Shown here: positions 29,847 through 39,511 of the stretch, piece by piece
Layout of the letters: every line of letters begins with the position of its first letter
Position numbering within the stretch: position 1 is the first letter of the stretch
From: Alistipes sp.
Lineage (GTDB): Bacteria > Bacteroidota > Bacteroidia > Bacteroidales > Rikenellaceae
DNA length: 64,000 bases
NCBI GenBank assembly: GCA_045541235.1
Contig: JAZQIS010000022.1
Coordinates: 8,762 to 72,761, forward strand
Reading direction: 5' to 3'
The notes under the pieces: model-generated
What the model was told of the DNA's origin: nothing
Databases searched by the model: none
What the model saw: the letters and a program-made list of their open reading frames with translations, nothing else
Position numbers and translations under genes: made by a program

Positions 29847-29873
29847 CCAAGGCAGGTAATCAGCCTGCCTTGG
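29847..29873 (-). terminator. Intra-operon stem-loop after the first gene
   Basis: CCAAGGCAGG-taatcag-CCTGCCTTGG. Confidence 0.55.
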
Positions 29874-29888
29874 ATTGTATATTTCATA

Positions 29889-31928
29889 TTACTTCAAAGT
29901 AATACCTGCCAATACTGCACGAGCTGCTGAGCTTGTTGCAGTTGTGAATGTTGCATCTGTCGAGAACATAATCTTCGAATCTGCTGTCAAACCAGTAAGC
30001 TCTACGCTGTAGTAGTCTGCGTCAGTTACGGTGATAGTGTAAGGAGGATTGCCTGTTGCACCATCGTTAGCCTTAACTGCTACCGACTTAACCTCGCTGC
30101 TACCCTCTACCTTGATGTAGATAGTTGCGCTTGCACCTTTCCAAGCCATACCGTAGAATGAGAGAGTCTTTGTACCCTCTACGCCAACAGCAGTCGAAGT
30201 AAAGAAACCTGCATTCTTGCTGGTACCGAGCTTAACACCGCTACAAGCTGCGCCGTTGATCTTCGACTCTCCGAGAGTGTAGCACTTGTTAGTCGAGTTG
30301 TCTGCCTTGCAAATGAAAGCTGCGTCCGAAGTGTAAACGCCCGATGCCTCACCACCAACGTTGTCGTCGCCGCCACCCTGACCTGGCTGCTCAGGCTCAG
30401 TAGTCGAACCATCACCCTCAGCTACCTTGAAGTTGCGAACCTCCCAAGTACCGGCGTGAGTCGATGTTGCAACATACTTGAATGCAATCTGAACATTCTT
30501 GCCTACATACGATGTCAAATCGATAGTGTTAGCTACGAAGCTGTAGTCGTTGTTTGTTCCATATACAGGGATAGTGAGCTGAGCCCAGTTTACACCCTTA
30601 TCCTCGCTAATCCACAATGTAAGCTCATCAGATGGAGTACCCGCGAACTTGTGGCAGTGCTCGAACGATACAGCAGGAGCAGTTGCACCGGCAAGTGTGA
30701 TCTCTGGCGAAATCAACCAACTCTCACTTGGTACTGGACCACCCTTGTAGGCCGAAGCCTTCATACAAGAGTACTGCGAATCGAAAATCCATACATAAGT
30801 CAAGCCCTCACCAAGAACGACATCGTTGATAGTAAAGTAGCCCTGAGTTGTAGCGAATGGTTCCGAGTATGGAATTGCCAATGGATCTGTTGGCTGCTCC
30901 GGCAACTCTGGCTGCTGAGGAGCCTCAGGAGTGAGCTCTGCACCATTTCCACCAGCTACAAGCTTGAAGTCATCGAAACGGCCACCACCATTCGATGTCG
31001 GAGCCTCATAAGTGAAACGAGCATAGAGTGTTGTAGCATTTGCAGTCACCTTAAACTCGGCAGTTGCAGCATACCAGCCATTGCCGCCATTAGGAACGAA
31101 TGTGCAATCTACTGCATCCCAAGTCTGACCATCATAACCGAGCTCGAGGTGAACAAGCGAGTTGTCAACAGTTGCAAAAGTAGGAGTTCCGCTGTAACCG
31201 TTCTGGCACGATACGTTGAATGTGAGGATGTAGTTTGCACCACCTGTAACTGCAAGCTTCTCGATTACAAAGTGCGCCTGCGCAGGAACTTTGTTCAAGA
31301 ATACATACGGAGCACCGGAAAGACCTACAGCATCCTCGGTTGGATCGTAGTTTACGCCCGAATCACGAACCGATGCACTCTGACCTGCGTAAGTTACATT
31401 GGTTGCAGCTGAACCCTTTGGATTCCACGCGCTGAACTGGTCAATGTATGGCCAAGCGGTGTTTCCGTTATCCAAAGTAATCTTCTCTACATCAGCACCG
31501 CAATCCTCATAATAGAGGTAGTCGTTCATATCAACGCCTGTAGCATTCTGCGATACAGTTACGATAGCCTCGTCATTCGATGGTACAGGGATTCCTGCAA
31601 CCTCAATCTGCTTTGTTGCGAGGAACTTCACATCAAATGTACGAGCTGTAGTTGCAGCAGGAATAGTAAGGGTAACAGTTGCATTACCATTACCTACTAC
31701 TGTGCTGATAACAACATCGCTCTGGTCGCAAGTTGCAACCCACTTAGCGTTAGAGGTAACGGTCAATGTCTCCACCGAACCCTCCAATGTTGTAGCGATA
31801 CTTGCAGGAGTAACAGTAATCTCAGCCTCTGAAGCAGAGCCCTCCTCACCATTCTCTGGAGTACAGCCAAACGCACCGAAAAGCATTGCTGCTCCGGCTA
31901 CAAATGCAAAAAATCTTCTTGCCTTCAT
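29889..31928 (-). CDS. Modular surface lipoprotein (BACON-like plus beta-sandwich / choice-of-anchor-J-like domains)
   Basis: Lipobox AFGC; LTVTSNAKW (BACON), ESWLISPEI and IDLTSYVGKNVQIAFKY motifs; P/Q/G-rich linkers. Confidence 0.7.
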   Translation of the reverse strand: MKARRFFAFVAGAAMLFGAFGCTPENGEEGSASEAEITVTPASIATTLEGSVETLTVTSNAKWVATCDQSDVVISTVVGNGNATVTLTIPAATTARTFDVKFLATKQIEVAGIPVPSNDEAIVTVSQNATGVDMNDYLYYEDCGADVEKITLDNGNTAWPYIDQFSAWNPKGSAATNVTYAGQSASVRDSGVNYDPTEDAVGLSGAPYVFLNKVPAQAHFVIEKLAVTGGANYILTFNVSCQNGYSGTPTFATVDNSLVHLELGYDGQTWDAVDCTFVPNGGNGWYAATAEFKVTANATTLYARFTYEAPTSNGGGRFDDFKLVAGGNGAELTPEAPQQPELPEQPTDPLAIPYSEPFATTQGYFTINDVVLGEGLTYVWIFDSQYSCMKASAYKGGPVPSESWLISPEITLAGATAPAVSFEHCHKFAGTPSDELTLWISEDKGVNWAQLTIPVYGTNNDYSFVANTIDLTSYVGKNVQIAFKYVATSTHAGTWEVRNFKVAEGDGSTTEPEQPGQGGGDDNVGGEASGVYTSDAAFICKADNSTNKCYTLGESKINGAACSGVKLGTSKNAGFFTSTAVGVEGTKTLSFYGMAWKGASATIYIKVEGSSEVKSVAVKANDGATGNPPYTITVTDADYYSVELTGLTADSKIMFSTDATFTTATSSAARAVLAGITLK

Positions 31929-32090
31929 AATTGTTTGTTTTTTAGTGATTAAGATAAGTTAAAGTGTTAAATATGTTAAAAAATTAGTGTGTTTTGGTTA
32001 CGATTTATACACTCTTTTACAATTTCAGTGCGAATATAATACATTTTTTACAAATCGCCTACTTTTAGGACATTATTTTGTAAAAATAAT

Positions 32091-32117
32091 AGGAGCCTGC
32101 AAAATTTGCAGACTCCT
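32091..32117 (-). terminator. Terminator downstream of dnaA
   Basis: AGGAGCCTGCAAAATTTGCAGACTCCT. Confidence 0.6.
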
Positions 32118-32149
32118 TGTTGTTTGAACAGCGTTTGAAGATATATTCT

Positions 32150-33562
32150 CTAACTCATCAAAATCTTCTCGATACGCTCAACCTGCTGACGAAAAATCTT
32201 CTCGGTATCCATCAAGTTGGAGATTGTCTTACAAGAGTGCAAAACAGTGGCGTGGTTGCGACCTCCTATTGCTGCACCAATATTCGTCAAAGGTTGTTTT
32301 GTATGCTTCTTCGCCAAGTACATCGCCAACTGGCGAGCAATGGCCACTTCGCGAGTTCGCTCCGAGGAGCTCATACGCTCTTTATCGACATTCATTTCGG
32401 CGCAAACGACATCTATGATATGTTCGATAGTAATCTCCTTTTGATACATCGAAACATAGACCTTCAGCACCTCCTTTGCAAGAGCCGTAGTGATGCGCTT
32501 ATTCATAAACGTAGCGTTAGCGATAAGCGACGAGATAGCACCTTCTATCTCTCTGATATTGGCCGATATATTCTCCGCCAAGTAACAAACTACTTCATCC
32601 GGAATATTTGCATTGAGCTGAACCGCTTTTGTACGAATAATTTTGATTTTGGTTTCGTAGTCGGGAACACGAATCTCCGCCGACAACCCCCATTTGAAAC
32701 GGGTCAAAAGTCGCTCCTCGATATCCTTCAACTCCACCGGTGGTTTATCCGAAATAAGCACCAACTGCTTACCCGACATCTGAAGATGATTGAAGATGTT
32801 GAAGAAGGCATTTTGCGTACCCGGCTTACCCGACAGCTCCTGAATATCGTCCAAAATCAACACATCGACAGCCTGATAGTAGTGGATAAAGTTCGGCACA
32901 TCGTGGTTGAGCGTCGCAGCCTGGAATTGGGCCTGAAATTTGCTCATCGCAACATAGAGCACCTGCAACTCCGGAAAACGCTGGCGTATCTCGTTACCTA
33001 TGGCGTGCGCTACGTGTGTCTTACCCAAGCCCGAATCTCCGTATATATAGAGTGGGTTAAAAGGGGTGTGATTTCCGGGATTTACCGAGACAGACATAGC
33101 TGCCGAACGCACCAAACGATTGCACTCTCCCTCGATAAAATTATCGAATGTGTAATTTTTATTGAGTTGCGGCTCAATTCTTAGGCGATTTATGCCCGGA
33201 ATTACAAAAGGATTTCGTATATTTGACGTGTCGGTTTGCTGACTAAAGGTATGCTCCACCGTTGTCGCATCACCATTACTCGGCACAACAATAGGATGAT
33301 TGTTCTTTGGAATAGCGTAGTAAAGGCGAGTGTCACGACCAAAAAGCTGTGCAATAACAGGCTTTAACACCTGGCTATAGTTATTCTCAATAACCTTTGC
33401 GAAGTCGCGATCTGGCACCTTGATACGAAGTCTTTCGCCATCGAATTCAAGTGGCTCAATGGGCAAAAACCACTTAACGAACTCCTCCTCAGAGGTTTTC
33501 GTTTTCAATTCGCTAAGGCAGCTTTGCCAAGTATCGTCATATGTCGCAATGTTCGCAAGCAT
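32150..33562 (-). CDS. dnaA: Chromosomal replication initiator protein
   Basis: YTFDNFIEG, NPLYIYGDSGLGKTH, LILDDIQ, NIREIEG and GGRNHATVLHS motifs. Confidence 0.98.
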   Translation of the reverse strand: MLANIATYDDTWQSCLSELKTKTSEEEFVKWFLPIEPLEFDGERLRIKVPDRDFAKVIENNYSQVLKPVIAQLFGRDTRLYYAIPKNNHPIVVPSNGDATTVEHTFSQQTDTSNIRNPFVIPGINRLRIEPQLNKNYTFDNFIEGECNRLVRSAAMSVSVNPGNHTPFNPLYIYGDSGLGKTHVAHAIGNEIRQRFPELQVLYVAMSKFQAQFQAATLNHDVPNFIHYYQAVDVLILDDIQELSGKPGTQNAFFNIFNHLQMSGKQLVLISDKPPVELKDIEERLLTRFKWGLSAEIRVPDYETKIKIIRTKAVQLNANIPDEVVCYLAENISANIREIEGAISSLIANATFMNKRITTALAKEVLKVYVSMYQKEITIEHIIDVVCAEMNVDKERMSSSERTREVAIARQLAMYLAKKHTKQPLTNIGAAIGGRNHATVLHSCKTISNLMDTEKIFRQQVERIEKILMS

Positions 33563-33841
33563 AAATAATTGAGTATAAATCGTTTAAGTTAGTAGGCAAT
33601 ACCAAATCGCAAGACTTGTATTGTTTGACTTTGCAAAGTTGAAAATAAAATTGTTCAAAAAAAAATACCGCAACTATTGTTTATTTAATATTATTTCTTA
33701 TGGAGTAAAAAATCTTTTTGGGAACAGTAAAATTTAACTCGCTGATTTACTACATTTACAAATAAATTTTGTATCTTTGCGAAGATAACAAAACAAATAA
33801 CCTTTCAAGAAAGTATAAACAAAACTTATAATCATAAAGCT

Positions 33842-35587
33842 ATGGATAACTTGCAAAAATTAGTGATGTCCAAGGCCGAAAAATGGCTTGGCTCGGAGTT
33901 CGATGAAGCAACCCGTAACGAAGTTAAGAACCTGATTGACAATGACCCTAAGGGGCTTGTGGAGAGTTTCTACAAGGATTTGGAGTTTGGCACAGGAGGT
34001 TTGCGCGGCATTATGGGCGTAGGAACAAATCGCATGAACAACTACACGGTTGGTTTTGCGACCCAGGGTCTTGCGAATTATCTCAAGATAAATTTCCCGA
34101 ACGAGGAGATTCGCGTGGCAATAGCGCACGATTCGCGCAACAACTCTCGCACATTCGCCGAGCGTGTAGCCGACATCTTCGCCTCTAACGGCTTCAAGGT
34201 GTTCCTTTTCGATGAATTACGCCCTACGCCGGAGCTTTCATTTGCAATTCGCGAATTGAACTGCCAATCGGGTGTTATGGTTACAGCATCGCACAATCCG
34301 AAGGAGTACAACGGCTACAAGGCTTATTGGAGCGACGGCTCGCAGGTAACATCACCACACGACGTAAATATTATTAAAGAGGTAGAGAAGGTGACCGAGG
34401 TTTCGCAAATCCTCACAGGCAAAAATGCCGAAAACATCACCATCCTCGACGAGAAGTTCGACGAAAAGTATCTTGCAGCCATCAAAAAGTTGCAGCTTTC
34501 GGCAGACAGCGTGGCGCGTTTCCACGACATAAAGATCATCTATACCCCACTCCATGGTGCAGGTGTTCGTCTTACACCGGCTTCGCTCAAGAATTTCGGA
34601 TTTACGAACGTCATATCTGTACCCGAGCAGACCATTCTCGATGGCAACTTCCCGACAGTTGAGTCTCCAAATCCGGAGAACCGCCCTACAATGAAGATGG
34701 CTATTGACCTTGCGGAGAAGGAGCAAGCAGACCTTGCAATGGCCACCGACCCCGATTCAGATCGTATAGGCTTGGCATTACGCAACTCGAAGGGCGAGTA
34801 CGTACTCCTTAATGGCAACCAAACATTGGTGCTTTTGATGTGTTATCAGCTTACTCGCTGGGCTGAGCTTGGACGCATCAAGGAGGGAGATTATGTTGTC
34901 AAGACAATCGTGACCTCTATGATGCCTGATGCTGTCGCTGCGGCCTATGGCGTTAAGTGCTACAACTGCCTTACCGGTTTCAAGTACATTGCAAAGATTA
35001 TCCGCGAGAACGAGGGTAAAACTCAATACATAGGCGGAGGCGAGGAGTCGTTCGGATATCTCGCAGGCGACTACGTTCGCGATAAGGATGGAGTTTCGGC
35101 TTGTTCGTTGGCTGCGGAGGCTGCAGCTTGGTGTCGCGACACCAAGGGTGTAACTCTCTACGAGTGGTTACAGGACCTCTATGTTAAGTTCGGCTTCTAC
35201 CGCGAGGGCCTTGTAAATGTGGTTCGAGAGGGTAAGGATGGTGCGGAGCAGATTCAGAATATGATGGTTGAGTATCGTGCCAATCCTCCACAGTCGATTC
35301 TCGGCTCAAAGGTTGTCGAGATTTACGACTACAAAACACTTGAGTTAAAGAATACCGTAACAGGCGAGGTAAGCCCTATCCCTGGCGTAGAGGACAAGAG
35401 CAATGTTTTGCAGTGGATTACCGAGGAGGGAACAAAGGTTTCGGTACGCCCATCGGGAACAGAGCCTAAGATTAAGTTCTACTTCGGAGTGAAGGCCACT
35501 TTGCCATCTGTAGAGGAGTTCGACAAAGTAGAGGCTGAACTCGATGCGAAGATTGAGGCTATCAAGGCAGAATTGAAACTTGTATAA
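33842..35587 (+). CDS. pgm: Phosphoglucomutase/phosphomannomutase
   Basis: FGTGGLRG, TASHNP, DPDSDR, GEES and RPSGTEPKIK motifs; TATCTTTG box at 33772-33779. Confidence 0.93.
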   Translation: MDNLQKLVMSKAEKWLGSEFDEATRNEVKNLIDNDPKGLVESFYKDLEFGTGGLRGIMGVGTNRMNNYTVGFATQGLANYLKINFPNEEIRVAIAHDSRNNSRTFAERVADIFASNGFKVFLFDELRPTPELSFAIRELNCQSGVMVTASHNPKEYNGYKAYWSDGSQVTSPHDVNIIKEVEKVTEVSQILTGKNAENITILDEKFDEKYLAAIKKLQLSADSVARFHDIKIIYTPLHGAGVRLTPASLKNFGFTNVISVPEQTILDGNFPTVESPNPENRPTMKMAIDLAEKEQADLAMATDPDSDRIGLALRNSKGEYVLLNGNQTLVLLMCYQLTRWAELGRIKEGDYVVKTIVTSMMPDAVAAAYGVKCYNCLTGFKYIAKIIRENEGKTQYIGGGEESFGYLAGDYVRDKDGVSACSLAAEAAAWCRDTKGVTLYEWLQDLYVKFGFYREGLVNVVREGKDGAEQIQNMMVEYRANPPQSILGSKVVEIYDYKTLELKNTVTGEVSPIPGVEDKSNVLQWITEEGTKVSVRPSGTEPKIKFYFGVKATLPSVEEFDKVEAELDAKIEAIKAELKLV

Positions 35588-35612
35588 TCTATTATATAAA
35601 TAGTAACAGAGA

Positions 35613-36956
35613 ATGACAACGAAGGAACGTATAGCAAAGGCTTTGGCTGTAGCAACAGACACCAAAGTTTTTGAGATGGATAGCAACATTCTACATCTTG
35701 CGCCATCAATCTTCAAAGAGCAGTTTGGCAATGTTCGTGCAATAGTCATTGCCGATAAAAACACCTGGCGTGTAGCCGGTGAGGAGGTTTATAACCACCT
35801 CGTTGCTGCGGGCATTGACACCGCAAAGCACATTATTCAGCAGGATGAGTTCCACGCTGAGTGGTGCTATGTTATGGAGGTTGAGGAGGCCGCCAAAGAG
35901 GCGGGTGCAATCATGGTTTCGGTAGGCTCGGGCGTAATCAACGACCTCTGCAAACTTGCATCACACCACCTCGGTCAGCAGTACCTCACAATACCCACAG
36001 CTGCTTCGGTGGATGGATATTCGTCGTTTGGAGCATCAATCAGCTATGAGGGACTCAAGCAGACATTCGACTGCCCTGCCCCACTCGCTATTTTGGCCGA
36101 TGTAGATGTAATTGCCAATGCACCAAAGGAGATGACCGCAGCGGGTTATGCCGACCTTGCAGCAAAGATTCCTTGTGGAGCCGAGTGGATGATTGCCGAT
36201 GCCATGGGCTGTGAGCCGATTATCTCGGAGGCTTGGCACGTATTGCAGGATGTACTCGACGACCAACTCTCCAATCCGGAGGGCGTAGCGGCTTGCGATA
36301 AGGAGGCTATTGCAGCTCTCTTTGAGGGACTTACATTGAGTGGTTTTGCTATGCAGGCGGCCCGTTCGAGCCGTCCGGCATCTTGTGCCGACCACCTCTT
36401 TAGCCACTATCTCGATATGACTCACCACTCCTTCAACGGAAAATTGCAGTCGCACGGCTTCCAGGTAGCTATCGGCACTCTCACGATGTGTGCATTCTTC
36501 GACGCTCTCCTCGATATGGATTTGCGCAATATCGACGTAGAGAAGTGTGTAGAGGCTTGGCCATCACTTGAGGAGGAGCAGCAGCGTGCCCTCGACATCT
36601 TCAAGGATTTCGTATCTCCGGAGCTGGGGTACGCACAAATCACCATTAAATACAACGACAAGGAGAAGGTTCACGAGCAGCTCACATTCTTCAAGGAGCA
36701 TTGGCCACTATTGAAGGCCAACTACCGCAAGCAGGTCTATACCTTCGAGAAGATGCAGGAGTGTTTCCGCAAAGTTGGAGCTCCGGCAGACCCTGCCGAT
36801 ATTGGTGTAACTCGTCAGCAGCTGAAGGATATGATGCCATTTGTACAGCTGATGCGTTGGCGCGTAAATATGTTCGACTTGGCACGTCGCGGAGGCTTCT
36901 ACGATGAACTTGTCGAGAGAGTATTCGGCAAAGGCGGACGCTGGGAGATAGCATAA
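35613..36956 (+). CDS. sn-glycerol-1-phosphate dehydrogenase-like (AraM/EgsA family)
   Basis: VGSGVINDLCK, PTAASVDG, AGYAD, SRPASCADHLFSH and HGFQV metal-binding motifs. Confidence 0.82.
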   Translation: MTTKERIAKALAVATDTKVFEMDSNILHLAPSIFKEQFGNVRAIVIADKNTWRVAGEEVYNHLVAAGIDTAKHIIQQDEFHAEWCYVMEVEEAAKEAGAIMVSVGSGVINDLCKLASHHLGQQYLTIPTAASVDGYSSFGASISYEGLKQTFDCPAPLAILADVDVIANAPKEMTAAGYADLAAKIPCGAEWMIADAMGCEPIISEAWHVLQDVLDDQLSNPEGVAACDKEAIAALFEGLTLSGFAMQAARSSRPASCADHLFSHYLDMTHHSFNGKLQSHGFQVAIGTLTMCAFFDALLDMDLRNIDVEKCVEAWPSLEEEQQRALDIFKDFVSPELGYAQITIKYNDKEKVHEQLTFFKEHWPLLKANYRKQVYTFEKMQECFRKVGAPADPADIGVTRQQLKDMMPFVQLMRWRVNMFDLARRGGFYDELVERVFGKGGRWEIA

Positions 36957-36997
36957 AGCATTACTAACGAATTTAACAAACAAACAAACTAACTATC

Positions 36998-37816
36998 ATG
37001 AAGACAATCAAAACACTGTTATTGACAGTTTTGGCACTTGCTGGTTTACAGGCAGTTGCTCAGGAGAACGAAATAGTAATTTTGGCTCACCGCGGCGGTT
37101 GCGGCGAGGGCATGGAGAATGTGGAGGGCACATTCAAAAAGAGTCTTGAGGCCGGCATCAAGGCTTTTGAGATTGATGTTCGTATCACAAAGGATGGCAA
37201 GATTGTATTGCAGCACGATGACAACCTCAAGCGCACCGCAGGTCTCAACAAGCGCGTAGAAGATATGACCGAGAAGGAGTTGCGCGAGGTGACTTTGAAC
37301 GACGGCAAGTCGAAATTGATGTTCCTCGACGAGTTCCTAAAGTTAATGGGTAACTATCCAGGCCTCTTTATCGAGTTTGAGATGAAATGTAAGAAGTACG
37401 ACGAGGAGATGCTCGCAGTTTACTGCGACAAGGTTGCAAAGGCTGTTCTAAAGGCACAGCCAAAGGGTTCGACCTATGCAATGACCTCGTTTGACGTTCG
37501 TGCTTTGCGCTATATCAAGACGAAGTATCCGAATGCCGAACTCGGCCTTATCACAGGTGACGGATGCACCAAGCAGACCGTAAAGATTGCTGAGGCTTTG
37601 GGCATTAAGCGCATTGCAGCGCGTCTCGACAGAACCACTCGCGAGGATATGAAATATGCTCACAAGAAGGGTATGAAGGTAAACCTCTGGCCCGGTCGCC
37701 ACGACCACTCGGCACTCCGTGCTTGGGCTATTGGTGCCGACATCCACTGCACAGACTACCCTGCTCGTTTGAAGAAGTACACCGAGGAGAATGCTAAGTG
37801 GCTGAAGGTTAAATAA
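36998..37816 (+). CDS. Exported glycerophosphodiester phosphodiesterase
   Basis: Signal peptide; AHRGG, EIDVRITKDG..VLQHD, EMK and TDYP motifs. Confidence 0.9.
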   Translation: MKTIKTLLLTVLALAGLQAVAQENEIVILAHRGGCGEGMENVEGTFKKSLEAGIKAFEIDVRITKDGKIVLQHDDNLKRTAGLNKRVEDMTEKELREVTLNDGKSKLMFLDEFLKLMGNYPGLFIEFEMKCKKYDEEMLAVYCDKVAKAVLKAQPKGSTYAMTSFDVRALRYIKTKYPNAELGLITGDGCTKQTVKIAEALGIKRIAARLDRTTREDMKYAHKKGMKVNLWPGRHDHSALRAWAIGADIHCTDYPARLKKYTEENAKWLKVK

Positions 37817-37841
37817 TCGAACCTACATCATCAACATAAAT

Positions 37842-37868
37842 AAAGGCTGTCGATTTGCGACAGCCTTT
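37842..37868. terminator. Bidirectional terminator
   Basis: AAAGGCTGTCG-atttg-CGACAGCCTTT. Confidence 0.75.
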
Positions 37869-37872
37869 CTTG

Positions 37873-38664
37873 TTATAACTTTTCGAGGATTCGTTTTATT
37901 ACGGGGATTTTAAGCACAGGCAGTAGTCCGTGTGCAGGGAGTAGGCGACACGCACCTACAGCAACCTTTGTAAAGAGTCCTGGTGTGGCGGTGCGACGAC
38001 CACGCTCCATAGCGCGTATTCCCGCCTTTGCCAACCTCTCGGCCGACATCATAACGCCCAAGCGACGAAGCCACTTGCGATGTTTATCCTTTAGGTTGTA
38101 GAGAGGAGTATCGACAGCACCCGGATAGACAGTAGTTACTGTAACTCCGTGCGGACGGAACTCATACCACAACGACTGCGCAAAGCTTTTAAGGTAGGCC
38201 TTTGTTGCAGCATAGTACGACACCGTGATATATGGCGTCCAAGCGGTCATCGAAGACATTATCAGAATACGCCCCTCTCCTCTACTGCACATATCCTCGC
38301 CAAAGAGGCGGCATAGCTTCGATGGGGTTATGCAGTGGAGATTTGTGATAAACGCCGCCATCGAGGGTTTGGTGTGCAGAAACATTCCAAACTGCAGGAT
38401 ACCCGCGTTGCTCACGAGGGTTGTGACCTCGTAGTTGCGCTCTTTGCACCAGTCATAAATTTGCTCTGCCGCATCCGCCTTCGAGAGGTCGGAGTACAAC
38501 GCAACAGCCTCTACTCCAAAGCGTTGTTTCAAGTCGGTTGCAACCTCCTCGTTGCGTTCGCACTGATTGCTGACAACAATAATATTGTGGCCCTTTGCGG
38601 CTAACTGCTCGGCATAGGCAAGGCCTATTCCCGACGATGCTCCCGTAATCAAAGTAAATTTCAT
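37873..38664 (-). CDS. Short-chain dehydrogenase/reductase
   Basis: TGASSGIG, NAG and YAATK motifs; start at MKFTL. Confidence 0.92.
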   Translation of the reverse strand: MKFTLITGASSGIGLAYAEQLAAKGHNIIVVSNQCERNEEVATDLKQRFGVEAVALYSDLSKADAAEQIYDWCKERNYEVTTLVSNAGILQFGMFLHTKPSMAAFITNLHCITPSKLCRLFGEDMCSRGEGRILIMSSMTAWTPYITVSYYAATKAYLKSFAQSLWYEFRPHGVTVTTVYPGAVDTPLYNLKDKHRKWLRRLGVMMSAERLAKAGIRAMERGRRTATPGLFTKVAVGACRLLPAHGLLPVLKIPVIKRILEKL

Positions 38665-38754
38665 AGCGCAAAAGTATCTATTTTTCGCCAATTTTGGTCG
38701 CATTTCGGCAAATTTTTAATACTTTCGCACCCGAAAATCTTAAAAAGTGAAATT

Positions 38755-39123
38755 ATGATTGGGAGGGGTTTGTCCGCAGTAGGACTTTTGATATGCTCAA
38801 ATCTGTTTATGACCTTGGCGTGGTATGGCCAGGTTATGTTCAAGAGCAAATTCGAGCGCATAGGCTTGGTGGCCGTGATTTTCATCAGTTGGTTGGTGGC
38901 ATTCTTCGAGTACTGCTTTATGGTACCCGCAAACCGCTTGGGTAGTATGGAGTATGGCGGACCATTCTCGATTTGGGAGTTGAAGGTTATTCAGGAGGTT
39001 GTTTCGCTGACGGTCTTTGCCGTTATCGTACAGCTGATAATGAAAAACGAAGCCCTCCGCTGGAATCACCTCGCAGGCTTTATCTGCCTTGTCTTGGCAG
39101 TATTCTTTATTTTCAAAAAGTGA
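38755..39123 (+). CDS. DMT family small membrane protein (DUF486-like)
   Basis: SNLFMTLAWYG, FFEYC..VPANR and LKVIQEV motifs. Confidence 0.85.
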   Translation: MIGRGLSAVGLLICSNLFMTLAWYGQVMFKSKFERIGLVAVIFISWLVAFFEYCFMVPANRLGSMEYGGPFSIWELKVIQEVVSLTVFAVIVQLIMKNEALRWNHLAGFICLVLAVFFIFKK

Positions 39124-39340
39124 GTAGTGAGTAGATAGTAGTGAGTAGTTTTGATGGGCTATTAGCTGTTAGCCATTAGCTTTTCTTGCGCCAAGTTTGA
39201 TGGCATTGAATGGCAATGAATGGCAATCGCTCGTTATACTCGCTGAATGGCAAATGCGCTTTGTTATTAAGCAGTCCTTTGGACTGCGTTGTCATTAAAT
39301 GCCATTAAGGGCTGGAAGCCCGAATGTCATTCGTTGCCAC
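39120..39340. repeat. Composite repeat cluster: GTGAGTA and TTAGCYR heptamers, TGAATGGCAA decamers with inverted copies, small GC hairpins
   Basis: Seen directly; hairpins GCAGTCC-ttt-GGACTGC and GGGCT-gga-AGCCC. Confidence 0.75.
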
Positions 39341-39366
39341 AATAATCGGCATCATCAACAAAATAA

Positions 39367-39394
39367 ACCCTCCGCAGAAAATTCTGCGGAGGGT
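39367..39394 (-). terminator. Intrinsic terminator closing cassette 2
   Basis: ACCCTCCGCAGAA-aa-TTCTGCGGAGGGT, followed by TTATTTT on the - strand; same core as 17500-17530. Confidence 0.78.
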
Positions 39395-39421
39395 AAAGTT
39401 TGAAAGGCAAAAGCCTAATTT

Positions 39422-39511
39422 CTAAAAAGCGGAGACAGCGCGCACATAGCTGTTGCGGCCCTTACTGCCGTCGCTGTAGGTGCTGCCATTGTACATATCG
39501 ACATACCACGC
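39422..39511 (-). other. Putative DGR variable region (VR)
   Basis: 18 of the 20 codons between TGG and GTG CGC end in C/T and none in A; CLec-type C-terminus. Confidence 0.6.

Noticed and set aside
32117-33184. Long antisense ORFs (e.g. 355 aa opposite dnaA, 318 aa at 30456-31412, 248 aa opposite purA)
   Set aside because: Shadow frames of genuine genes, with no recognisable motifs.
33563-33841. oriC next to dnaA
   Set aside because: AT-rich, but I saw no cluster of TTATCCACA-like boxes here or at 31929-32149. Divergent promoters explain the region.
39120-39345. CRISPR array
   Set aside because: Units are 7-10 bp without unique 30-40 bp spacers, and no cas genes are present.
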